Source: Patescibacteria group bacterium UBA3530 (GTDB lineage: Bacteria > Patescibacteriota > Minisyncoccia > Phycocordibacterales > UBA2100). From it: a DNA stretch of 64,000 nt. The stretch covers positions 1,340 to 65,339 of the forward strand of contig DFOX01000009.1 in NCBI GenBank assembly GCA_002376945.1, given 5' to 3'. A model generated the notes under the pieces. It saw only the letters and a list, made by a program, of their open reading frames with translations. It was not told the origin of the DNA and searched no databases. A program made the translations under genes and the position numbers. How positions within the stretch are numbered: the stretch's first letter is position 1; every line of letters begins with the position of its first letter. Positions 19,903 through 27,471 of the stretch are shown in pieces.

Positions 19903-19917
19903 TGCTAGCATAATCGT

Positions 19918-20733
19918 ATGAGAATAGTTTCATGGAATGTGAACGGATTGCGCGCAGTCCACCGGAAAGAAAAGTGGAAGGATGTGTTTGCATTAAAGCC
20001 GGACATTCTGTGTTTACAGGAAATAAAAGCACAAGAAGATCAGTTGCCGAACGAGGTACGCGAGGTTCCAGGATTCTATGCATACTTCAATTCATCAAAA
20101 ATCAAGAAGGGATATGCAGGCACCGCTTTGTACTCAAAACAGAAACCACTGCGCGTTTCATTTGAATTGCCGAAAGAGATAACGAGCAAACATAATCTAC
20201 ACAGTGATTCGTATGGAGATCCAAATAGAGAAGGACGAGTCATCACTGCAGAATTTCCGGAATTTTTTGTAGTCACGGTATACACACCAAATGCAAAAGA
20301 TGACCTTTCAAGACTGAAGCTCAGACATAATCAATGGGATCCTGCTTTTCTTGATCACTGTGTAACGCTACAGAGCAAGAAACCGGTAATTTTTTGCGGT
20401 GATTTAAATGTAGCTCATATGCCTATTGATTTAGCACGACCGAAAGAAAATGAAGGAAGTAAAGGGTACACCACAGAAGAGCGAGCGGGTATAGATAATA
20501 TGATTGAAGAGGGATTTATCGACACACTCAGAGCTGTCAATAGTAGCGAACATCTCTACACTTGGTGGAGTCCTTGGAGTGGTGCGCGAGAGAAAAATGT
20601 GGGATGGAGAATCGATTATGTGTTTGCCAGCCAAGATCTTGAGGAGATATTGGAAGATGCGGCGGTGCATACGGACATATATGGCTCGGATCACTGCCCT
20701 GTATCGGCGAACTTTGTCCTTGAGAATTCTTAA
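19918..20733 (+). CDS. xth: exodeoxyribonuclease III (AP endonuclease, ExoIII/APE1 family)
   Basis: MRIVSWNVNGLRA; CLQEIK; GDLNVAHMPIDL; WRIDYVFAS; GSDHCPV. Confidence 0.9.
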   Translation: MRIVSWNVNGLRAVHRKEKWKDVFALKPDILCLQEIKAQEDQLPNEVREVPGFYAYFNSSKIKKGYAGTALYSKQKPLRVSFELPKEITSKHNLHSDSYGDPNREGRVITAEFPEFFVVTVYTPNAKDDLSRLKLRHNQWDPAFLDHCVTLQSKKPVIFCGDLNVAHMPIDLARPKENEGSKGYTTEERAGIDNMIEEGFIDTLRAVNSSEHLYTWWSPWSGAREKNVGWRIDYVFASQDLEEILEDAAVHTDIYGSDHCPVSANFVLENS

Positions 20734-21077
20734 GGACATAAAGTTCTTAAGGACATGGAACACAGATATCCCCAAGAGTTTCGGGACTATTGCGGTGTCA
20801 AGGGTATACTAATAGGTAGCCAAACTGTTCATTTGAAAGTTCTTTTCCGATCTTTTAGTTGTCGTGTCATTCGTGTATTGCACAAAACAACATACACACA
20901 CAACTCTTAATCAGGCCATGCGCCTCAAAAGTAAACGCGATGTAAACGTTATACTTTACTGGTAAGGAGCACTCTTCTTACCTCATCGCACGAAAGACAC
21001 AGCAAAAACCGTCGTTAGGATTCTTGAGATTTACAGAAAAAAAGGACGTAAATCCCAATTATAGAGTTTTATATCGA

Positions 21078-21104
21078 GACCGCCTTTGGGCGGTTTTTGC
21101 GTTT
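21078..21104 (+). terminator. terminator-like hairpin
   Basis: ACCGCC-TTTG-GGCGGT followed by TTTTGCGTTT; overlaps the 3' end of the convergent cca gene. Confidence 0.4.
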
Positions 21105-22566
21105 AGGCAACGTGGTGCTTTCTGCGAAGAGCTTCAATTTCTTGCATGTCTGCTTGCTCACCTTTTTCTTTTCCTTGCTCTCCCAATTGCTGCAATTCTG
21201 CAACGGGGAGTTTTGATAATTCGGTAGCTCGACGGTGAAGATACTCGGACGTGTTTCTGGACGGATCATCAAGCACTTCCTCAAGAAGGGCATGCAAAAT
21301 CCAACCCACTTTTGGACCGGGACCATCTTTGAGTATGTTGATAATGTTCTCACCGTTTATCTCCAACAGAGCAACCGATATGGGATCTCGAAGTGCCTCA
21401 TCAACCATGGATTTATATTTACGAAAACGGAACGGTTGTTCTTTCGGTCTTCCGGTACCGATACGATCACATGTTCGAAGCTCAAGGAGTTCTTCAATAT
21501 GCTCGGTACCAACATTTCGAATCATCCGTCGAACCGCACTGAGAGTAATGTGATCAGGGTCAGCAAAGAACATATGCCATCGCACGAGTCGCTCAACAAT
21601 CCGCGTGGTGTCTTTTGGGAACTTGAGATCATTCATGATTCGCTTTGTCATTCTTGCTCCGATGACCTCGTGTCCATGAAAGGTGGGCTCGTTTCTTTGC
21701 TGGTCCATTCTTTTACTTGCCGGTTTACCGATGTCGTGCAGTAATGCAGCCAGACGCACCTCCAAAGAATATTCTTTATCTGCCGCATGTTGCAAGCTTC
21801 GCATGAGATGTTCGAACACATCAAATGAATGAGCTTGTGTTTGTGTACATCCTATCCCCTCCTCGAGTTCCGGGATGATGTGTGTAAGAAGTCCCAGTCT
21901 TTGGGCAATGAAGAGTGCTTGCATCGGATTTTTTGATTCAACGATGCGTATGAGCTCATCCCGTATCCTTTCCTTTGATACTTTCTGTAGTAAGGATGCA
22001 TGTTCTGCAATGGCGACAGCTGTTTCTGAATCGATCGTAAAGTTCAGTTCCGCCGCTAGACGAATTGCGCGGAGCATACGCAGTGCGTCTTCTGAAAAAC
22101 GATCTGCAGCTTTACCAACAGCAGATATTCTTTGCAATCGTATTGCTTCTTCACCATTGTAGGGGTCTACCAAAATGTCTTTGGTTGGGTTGTATGCAAT
22201 GGCATTCATGGTGAAATCTCGACGTTTCAAATCATCTTCGATATGCTCACTGAAAGTTATTTCGTCCGGGTGTCGTGCATTACTGTATGTCGACTCAATT
22301 CTATACGGAGTTATTTCTATAACCGTAAGTGTACTATCCTCAGATTCTGTCTTTACCCCAACGGTACCAAAGTCGTTTTCGTAGAATGAGTCAGGAAATA
22401 TCTCCTGAATTTTTTCAGGATGTGCATTGGTGGTTATATCCCAATCTTTTGGAACTGTTCCACGAAAGAGGTCACGGGTACATCCCCCGACCATATATGC
22501 TTCGAATCCGGCCATTTCCAATTGAGTGATAGCTGAAAGTACTTCAGATGGAATATCGTGTTTCAT
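21103..22566 (-). CDS. cca: CCA-adding tRNA nucleotidyltransferase with HD domain
   Basis: Pol-beta NTase head GGCTRDLFRGTVPKDWDITT; HD motif LLHDIGKP. Confidence 0.85.
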   Translation of the reverse strand: MKHDIPSEVLSAITQLEMAGFEAYMVGGCTRDLFRGTVPKDWDITTNAHPEKIQEIFPDSFYENDFGTVGVKTESEDSTLTVIEITPYRIESTYSNARHPDEITFSEHIEDDLKRRDFTMNAIAYNPTKDILVDPYNGEEAIRLQRISAVGKAADRFSEDALRMLRAIRLAAELNFTIDSETAVAIAEHASLLQKVSKERIRDELIRIVESKNPMQALFIAQRLGLLTHIIPELEEGIGCTQTQAHSFDVFEHLMRSLQHAADKEYSLEVRLAALLHDIGKPASKRMDQQRNEPTFHGHEVIGARMTKRIMNDLKFPKDTTRIVERLVRWHMFFADPDHITLSAVRRMIRNVGTEHIEELLELRTCDRIGTGRPKEQPFRFRKYKSMVDEALRDPISVALLEINGENIINILKDGPGPKVGWILHALLEEVLDDPSRNTSEYLHRRATELSKLPVAELQQLGEQGKEKGEQADMQEIEALRRKHHVA

Positions 22567-22626
22567 GCCTTAATTGTAGTATAACCATTGCCAAGAGGCG
22601 AATTTACCGTATGATTGCTCCTATCT

Positions 22627-22699
22627 GCACCCGTGGCTTAATGGATAGAGCATCGGTCTTCGGAACCGAGGGTTGGGGGTTCGAATCCCTCCGGGTGCA
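22627..22699 (+). tRNA. tRNA-Arg (anticodon TCG)
   Basis: Cloverleaf read by hand: acceptor GCACCCG/CGGGTGC, anticodon stem TCGGT/ACCGA with loop CTTCGGA, T-arm GGGGG-TTCGAAT-CCCTC, discriminator A; no encoded CCA. Confidence 0.8.
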
Positions 22700-22763
22700 C
22701 TACAACCTTGCACTCAAGGGGTATACATCTTACCCTGATAGACAGGATGGAAAGGAGAGGGAT

Positions 22764-23351
22764 ATGTTCCTGATGAGATTCATGTGGCTGCGCATCGTGG
22801 CGCTAGTTCTTTTTTTGGAACCAGCGCATGCTCAAATGCAACCAATGGTTACCGAGTGTGTGCAGCGGAGTGTGGGAGGAGTTCTTGCAGGGACGGTACT
22901 CCCCAGCTCCATTGTCGACATACCCAAACTCACCTACCGTGTTTTGGGAGGTGGATGGAAGTATCGTGTGCCGCAAGATATCACTCCACAGGTGTTTTTG
23001 CGCAACATGCAGAAGATAATTGCACGAGCACTCGATGGTAAGGCGCGCGAAAACAGAGTGCGCTTCAAGGGATTGCAAGTCGTTCCGCAACGTGCAATTG
23101 AAACAAAAAAGGATGTTTTTCGGATCACGGGTTCAATCTTTATACCGTCAAGTGATCAGGACTCCTATGGCGGGTGGTATCGGTTTCAAGTCAACGTACG
23201 AGTCGAGTTGTTGCAGTATGTGTGCACCATGTACAGCTTCAGCATCGAAGGTTTTGTCACGCTCAGGTCCCTGACACGTAGCCTACCAGAGGTGCGAAAC
23301 TATCTTCGCCAGTATGGAATGATTGATGGCGATATGATTTTGAACCGGTAA
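22764..23351 (+). CDS. secreted hypothetical protein
   Basis: Track ORF 22548..23351 trimmed to ATG at 22764, preceded by AAAGGAGAGGG; signal peptide MFLMRFMWLRIVALVLFLEPAHAQ; upstream part of the track ORF overlaps tRNA-Arg. Confidence 0.55.
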   Translation: MFLMRFMWLRIVALVLFLEPAHAQMQPMVTECVQRSVGGVLAGTVLPSSIVDIPKLTYRVLGGGWKYRVPQDITPQVFLRNMQKIIARALDGKARENRVRFKGLQVVPQRAIETKKDVFRITGSIFIPSSDQDSYGGWYRFQVNVRVELLQYVCTMYSFSIEGFVTLRSLTRSLPEVRNYLRQYGMIDGDMILNR

Positions 23352-23438
23352 TGATGAACATTACAAAGCAGCCCCCATGTGGGCTGTTTTGCTTGTCAAT
23401 TGCATACACACAAATATCAGATATACTCAGCACATCTT

Positions 23439-23509
23439 GCGGCTATGGTTAAGTGGTATAACAGGTCCTTGCCAAGGATCAGTCGGGAGTTCGATTCTCC
23501 CTAGCCGCA
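23439..23509 (+). tRNA. tRNA-Gly (anticodon GCC)
   Basis: Acceptor GCGGCTA/TAGCCGC, anticodon loop TTGCCAA, T-arm GGGAG-TTCGATT-CTCCC; no encoded CCA. Confidence 0.8.
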
Positions 23510-23573
23510 CAGTACACAAAACTCACAATTCGAAACAGATAAAATTATGAAAATACGGGCTCAAATACCGCTT

Positions 23574-23690
23574 CATGTCCTTAAGATGAGGTATAAAGGA
23601 CAAAAAATGGGTATAACTATGGGGATAATGTGCATAACGGACAAATGTAAAGGACATAAAATGTCCTTTATCCCCAAAAATGTCCTTTAT
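23574..23690. repeat. array of AAGGACAT/ATGTCCTT-type 11-12 bp repeats, including a palindromic unit
   Basis: Copies: CATGTCCTTAAG (23574..23585), TATAAAGGACA (23592..23602), ATAACGGACAAA variant, palindrome TAAAGGACAT-AAA-ATGTCCTTTA (23648..23670), AATGTCCTTTAT (23679..23690). Confidence 0.6.
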
Positions 23691-23772
23691 CAACAGATTT
23701 ATACCCAACTTTCCCAACAAGTAGTTTCTTAAGAAACAAAAGTGCCAATTTGCTGCCCATCAAAGCAAACTA

Positions 23773-23844
23773 TTTCACGTGAAAATGCTGGCATTCTAAA
23801 ATAATGAAGCGGTAGGATGCAGCAGTACCTGTTTTCACGTGAAA
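23773..23844. promoter_or_regulatory. two copies of the palindromic operator-like site TTTCACGTGAAA, downstream of the K+ channel gene
   Basis: TTTCACGTGAAA at 23773..23784 and 23833..23844; the second is embedded in CTGTTTTCACGTGAAAGCA. Confidence 0.45.
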
Positions 23845-23849
23845 GCAAA

Positions 23850-24638
23850 TTATATATTGTATGAGAAGTGCTTGTGCTTTATGATGTGTCCGCAATGTTT
23901 GCAGTGTGTGGAGTCAACATCATGTGCACTTAAGCCACACTCGGTGCACGTGTAGTGTATTTTCGCCCCTCTAAAGATGGTTCTGGTGAGTTGCAGGAAC
24001 AGGGTAATACCTATAAGCATAGCTGCTACGGATAGCAATTTACCCCAAGGACCGGTAGCCGTTACATCACCGTAACCAGTTGTGGTCAGCGTCGATACGG
24101 TGAAATACAGTGCGTCCAAATAGGTATTTATATACGGATTGAATTGTGACTCGGCGACAAATACTATGGCAGTCATTATGGCGAGAAATACCAAAAAGTT
24201 CAAAATACTTACCAATGTAGCTCTGTATTGAGCAACCGCCTTACTTTCTTTCTTAAGAAGTTGGAGAATGTAATATGTTCGCAATACTTTCAGCGAGCGA
24301 AGTATTCTCAAAAGTGCCAGATTTCCTACAAGCAGTGGTGCAAATAGGGAGATAATCACGAGTACATCAATGATACTGAATGGATCGGTCAAAAACGGTA
24401 GTCTGCGTGGGGTTATCCATAACCGCGCGGCGTATTCAATTAGGAAGAGCACACCGAATATGAGCTCAAGCGTGCGCACTGCACTATGTCCAGGAAAGAG
24501 GTATTCCAATGCGAAAATTCCGAATACGGCAATATTGAGGAAGATGAGAATGCGATTAAAAAGAATACTCTTCCGCGAACGTCTGTGAAAGAGGGTTATA
24601 AGAAATGCTTTGAGAGAGCCATGGGAGCGCTTTGCCAT
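23850..24638 (-). CDS. voltage-gated K+ channel (Kv/KvAP-like: 6TM, S4 sensor, P-loop) with C-terminal zinc-ribbon
   Basis: Selectivity filter TLTTTGYGDV; S4 arginine ladder LRILRSLKVLR; C-terminal CTECG...HCKHCGH. Confidence 0.85.
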   Translation of the reverse strand: MAKRSHGSLKAFLITLFHRRSRKSILFNRILIFLNIAVFGIFALEYLFPGHSAVRTLELIFGVLFLIEYAARLWITPRRLPFLTDPFSIIDVLVIISLFAPLLVGNLALLRILRSLKVLRTYYILQLLKKESKAVAQYRATLVSILNFLVFLAIMTAIVFVAESQFNPYINTYLDALYFTVSTLTTTGYGDVTATGPWGKLLSVAAMLIGITLFLQLTRTIFRGAKIHYTCTECGLSAHDVDSTHCKHCGHIIKHKHFSYNI

Positions 24639-24646
24639 GAGGATAT

Positions 24647-24658
24647 GCTACCATGTTT
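24647..24658. promoter_or_regulatory. perfect 18-bp palindrome TGTTTTCACGTGAAAACA overlapping the K+ channel start region (candidate operator)
   Basis: Palindrome at 24644..24661, 6-23 nt upstream of the channel ATG (24638, minus strand). Confidence 0.5.
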
Positions 24659-24711
24659 TCACGTGAAAACAGCACCGAAGAGAGTATATGTGGGTATATT
24701 CGTTACGAATG

Positions 24712-24786
24712 TATAAAGGACATTAATTTCTACATGTCCTTTATAATAATGTCCTTGAAGATGTCCTTAAGAATGTCCTTGAGAAT
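24712..24786. repeat. array of AAGGACAT/ATGTCCTT repeats: inverted pair plus three phased direct repeats
   Basis: TATAAAGGACAT (24712..24723) and CATGTCCTTTATA (24733..24745) are inverted; ATGTCCTTGAAG (24749), ATGTCCTTAAG (24761) and ATGTCCTTGAGAAT (24773) are direct with 11-12 bp period. Confidence 0.6.
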
Positions 24787-24847
24787 ACAAGGGGAGTGGT
24801 GATTGGCGAAAATTACGGATGTGTGCAATAATGGCGCGGCAAACGCA

Positions 24848-24918
24848 CGGGGCGTAGCATAATGGTAGTGTACTCGCTTTGGGAGCGAGCGGCCCGAGTT
24901 CGATTCTCGGCGTCCCGA
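24848..24918 (+). tRNA. tRNA-Pro (anticodon TGG)
   Basis: C1:G72 acceptor pair typical of bacterial tRNA-Pro; anticodon stem CTCGC/GCGAG with loop TTTGGGA; T-arm CCGAG-TTCGATT-CTCGG; discriminator A. Confidence 0.75.
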
Positions 24919-26001
24919 CTAGAACGGATACATTTCTAACAAGTAGGGAATTGAATATTTTTCAAATAGATCAACTTTGTTTTGAAAATCTCCTTCCTGA
25001 AGAAATTGGAGAAGTGTCATTCCTTTGTGCTTGCGGAGACTATTGTCTATATGCGCCATTGTTATCGCTCGAAGATCTCGTTCGGCGGTGGTGGCACCCA
25101 ATGTACTGGTCACCACTATTCCTATGAGCTTATTCCACTGATTTACCACAGCTCCTCCGGAAGCTCCTCCTTGTGCTACAACAGAGCCGCCCAGCGATAG
25201 AACGTCAATCGTTGATTCAGCGAAAGTGAAAACTTCACGAATCACAATGGATGCTGAACTAGGCCACAAATTGCGCTGAAGTGTCGCCAATCCGAGAAAA
25301 CCAGCCGGATACGCTGCTACGATTACGGGATTTTTATCGTTGGCAGCACGCTGTCGTGGATCAAATGAGATAAACGGGAACGATACTGGTAATGGTGAAC
25401 CATCAATACGTGTTGTTATGAAAAGAAGTGCCCAGTCATCTTCCCCTGTACCGGTAACAACTTCATCTTTTATATATTGTGCATTGAGTTCCACCCATGA
25501 ATTGGGCAGAGCGAGCACTTTTGCCTTATAAAGTGATTTTGCAGGGGATCCCATACGGACTACACACGACTCTGGATACGTTTTGTGGCTCTCCAAGAGC
25601 ACATATTGAGCCACATGGGCGTTGGTAAGTATGACACCGCGTGGATCTATGATAACACCACTTCCAGTTGCACCTCCGATGGGAGATCCGGCGGAGTTTG
25701 CACAGAGTATACTTACCAGAGCGGGTAATACATTGTCATTTACCGCATCAAGTGGCATTGGAGGGTAATTGTATAAAGGAGTTTCTATTTCAACGGTTTC
25801 GATAACTACCTGCTCTTCTTCTTGTGGAGGAGTTGGTGCTATTTCTATGACATCTTCCTGTGCTGGTATTTCCTCAAATCGTTCCGTCGTAGATGTGGCG
25901 ACAGCGACGATTTCTGTAGGGATTATCGGAGTAGATTCCTTAAAATCCGCGTACCAAAATATTCCAAGCATTCCTAGTGTTACAGGTAAAACAAATCGCA
26001 T
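24919..26001 (-). CDS. trypsin-like serine protease (S1 family), membrane-anchored
   Basis: His motif VILTNAHVAQY; Ser motif QGGASGGAVV; N-terminal anchor. Confidence 0.75.
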   Translation of the reverse strand: MRFVLPVTLGMLGIFWYADFKESTPIIPTEIVAVATSTTERFEEIPAQEDVIEIAPTPPQEEEQVVIETVEIETPLYNYPPMPLDAVNDNVLPALVSILCANSAGSPIGGATGSGVIIDPRGVILTNAHVAQYVLLESHKTYPESCVVRMGSPAKSLYKAKVLALPNSWVELNAQYIKDEVVTGTGEDDWALLFITTRIDGSPLPVSFPFISFDPRQRAANDKNPVIVAAYPAGFLGLATLQRNLWPSSASIVIREVFTFAESTIDVLSLGGSVVAQGGASGGAVVNQWNKLIGIVVTSTLGATTAERDLRAITMAHIDNSLRKHKGMTLLQFLQEGDFQNKVDLFEKYSIPYLLEMYPF

Positions 26002-26062
26002 GGGGAAATAGTAACATTTTGCTTGAGATCGCGTCGCTTTTTGTTACTATATTCGAATTACT

Positions 26063-26133
26063 GCGGGTGTAGTTTAGTGGTAGAATATCTGCCTTCCAAG
26101 CAGAGGACGGGAGTTCGATTCTCCCCACCCGCA
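26063..26133 (+). tRNA. tRNA-Gly (anticodon TCC)
   Basis: Acceptor GCGGGTG/CACCCGC, anticodon loop CTTCCAA, T-arm GGGAG-TTCGATT-CTCCC. Confidence 0.8.
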
Positions 26134-26259
26134 CAATTTGCAACTTCTTGTTTTGAAAGCGCCTGACGGCGCGGAACATCGTCGAATAATTTAAGCAGGA
26201 CGTGATGAAGGTGTGTACGAATAGTTTCTACCCACAGAGCAACAGGGTATAATAAAAAT

Positions 26260-26532
26260 ATGAGCACTGTTCAATTTGATGAGCCCACATACAAATCGCC
26301 AGTTCGAAAGCAAAGCACCCAGCATCTTCTTGCAGACTTTTTAGTACGAAATAATCTGGCAAAAAATAATCAACAAGCTACCTATATGATATTGGGAATA
26401 GCGATATTGGCAATTATTATATCCCTGTGGATGATCAGCAGCTCGCGAAACGTCATAGAAAACCCGCCGCCTGAATTGATAGACGCTGAGCAACCCATAG
26501 GGGTATTACCACTATCTTCTCATCAGGTATGA
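26260..26532 (+). CDS. small membrane protein upstream of pilin
   Basis: 90 aa with TM segment YMILGIAILAIIISLWMI; TATAAT located 10 nt upstream of the ATG; overlaps pilin start by 4 nt. Confidence 0.4.
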   Translation: MSTVQFDEPTYKSPVRKQSTQHLLADFLVRNNLAKNNQQATYMILGIAILAIIISLWMISSSRNVIENPPPELIDAEQPIGVLPLSSHQV

Positions 26533-27032
26533 AGCACAGTGCCACACGAGGATTCACCCTCATTGAACTATTGGTGGTCATTGCCATTATCGGACTCTTG
26601 TCTTCCACGGTGTTAGCGAGTATGAGCTCGGCAAGAAGCAAGGCACGAGACGCAAAAAGAAAATCCGACTTACGATCAGCCCAGACAGCGCTCGAGCTGT
26701 ACTACAGTGACTATGGAACATATCAGGTTGCAAATGCCGGATACAATAATGGTGGGAATGGGTGGTTTGCCCGGGATACGGGTTCATACGGCTTGTCGGT
26801 ATCACAAGCACTGTACAATGGAGGATATATTTCTACAGGAAGGGTAGAAGATCCGATCCAAGATCCAGGATACATGATTTACCTATGCGACGGAGGCCAA
26901 AGATACTCCTTGTCAGCAACACTAGAAAACCCTTCCGCAGAGGATATTGCGTACATACAGACAACATGCAATGGTATTGGTGGTAATGGAACGTATACTA
27001 GATACGGTAAGAATTACGCTGTGGGGTTCTAG
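26529..27032 (+). CDS. type IV pilin (prepilin with N-terminal methylation motif)
   Basis: RGFTLIELLVVIAIIGLL prepilin leader and hydrophobic helix. Confidence 0.8.
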   Translation: MKHSATRGFTLIELLVVIAIIGLLSSTVLASMSSARSKARDAKRKSDLRSAQTALELYYSDYGTYQVANAGYNNGGNGWFARDTGSYGLSVSQALYNGGYISTGRVEDPIQDPGYMIYLCDGGQRYSLSATLENPSAEDIAYIQTTCNGIGGNGTYTRYGKNYAVGF

Positions 27033-27093
27033 CGGTATGAGAAAATCCCGCCACATGGGCGGGATCTCCCCATACTATCGAGAGATAGCAAGT

Positions 27094-27366
27094 TTATTTC
27101 ACCGCGTCCTTAAGGGCCTTGGCTGCTCGGAATTTAGGCACGCGCATAGCTTGGATTTGAATCGCTTCACCAGTTCGTGGGTTACGTCCGGTGCGAGCGG
27201 CTCGCATCTTAGCTTCAAAGATTCCCAATCCCGCGATTGACACCTCGTCGCCGGACTTAAGTCCTTCAACGATTCCTTCAATTACGGCTTCAACAGCGCG
27301 TTCTGCGTCTGCTTTTGTGCCTCCAAGTACTCCGTGTACTTTGTCTGCAAGTGCTGCTTTATTCAT
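27094..27366 (-). CDS. hup: DNA-binding protein HU
   Basis: MNKAALADKV ... GLGIFEAKMRAARTGRNPRTGEAIQI. Confidence 0.9.
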   Translation of the reverse strand: MNKAALADKVHGVLGGTKADAERAVEAVIEGIVEGLKSGDEVSIAGLGIFEAKMRAARTGRNPRTGEAIQIQAMRVPKFRAAKALKDAVK

Positions 27367-27471
27367 AGTGATGTAATTAACTTGTAAATAAAGTCTGAAA
27401 ACATTATATACAGCGCTCTATTTTGCGCAATAGCGTTACACAAAGACCTTTTTTTGGGTTATACGTCAAGA

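Noticed and set aside
19600-19910. SRP RNA, 6S, tmRNA or RNase P RNA in the xerC-xth spacer
   Set aside because: The hallmark motifs are absent: the SRP GGAAG...AGCAGC domain IV loop, the tmRNA tRNA-like 3' end with TTCGAATCC, and the RNase P AGGAAAGTCC-type CR-I.
22548-22763. N-terminal 72 codons of track ORF 22548..23351
   Set aside because: Overlaps tRNA-Arg (22627..22699). A strong RBS and signal peptide occur at the internal ATG at 22764.
23523-23732. Short ORFs on both strands (65 and 61 aa) downstream of tRNA-Gly
   Set aside because: They lie entirely within the AAGGACAT repeat array, have no RBS, and show repeat-driven codon content.
20716-24786. CRISPR array interpretation of the AAGGACAT repeats
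   Set aside because: Repeat units are only 11-12 bp with no unique spacers of 25-40 bp between them, and there are no cas genes in the window.
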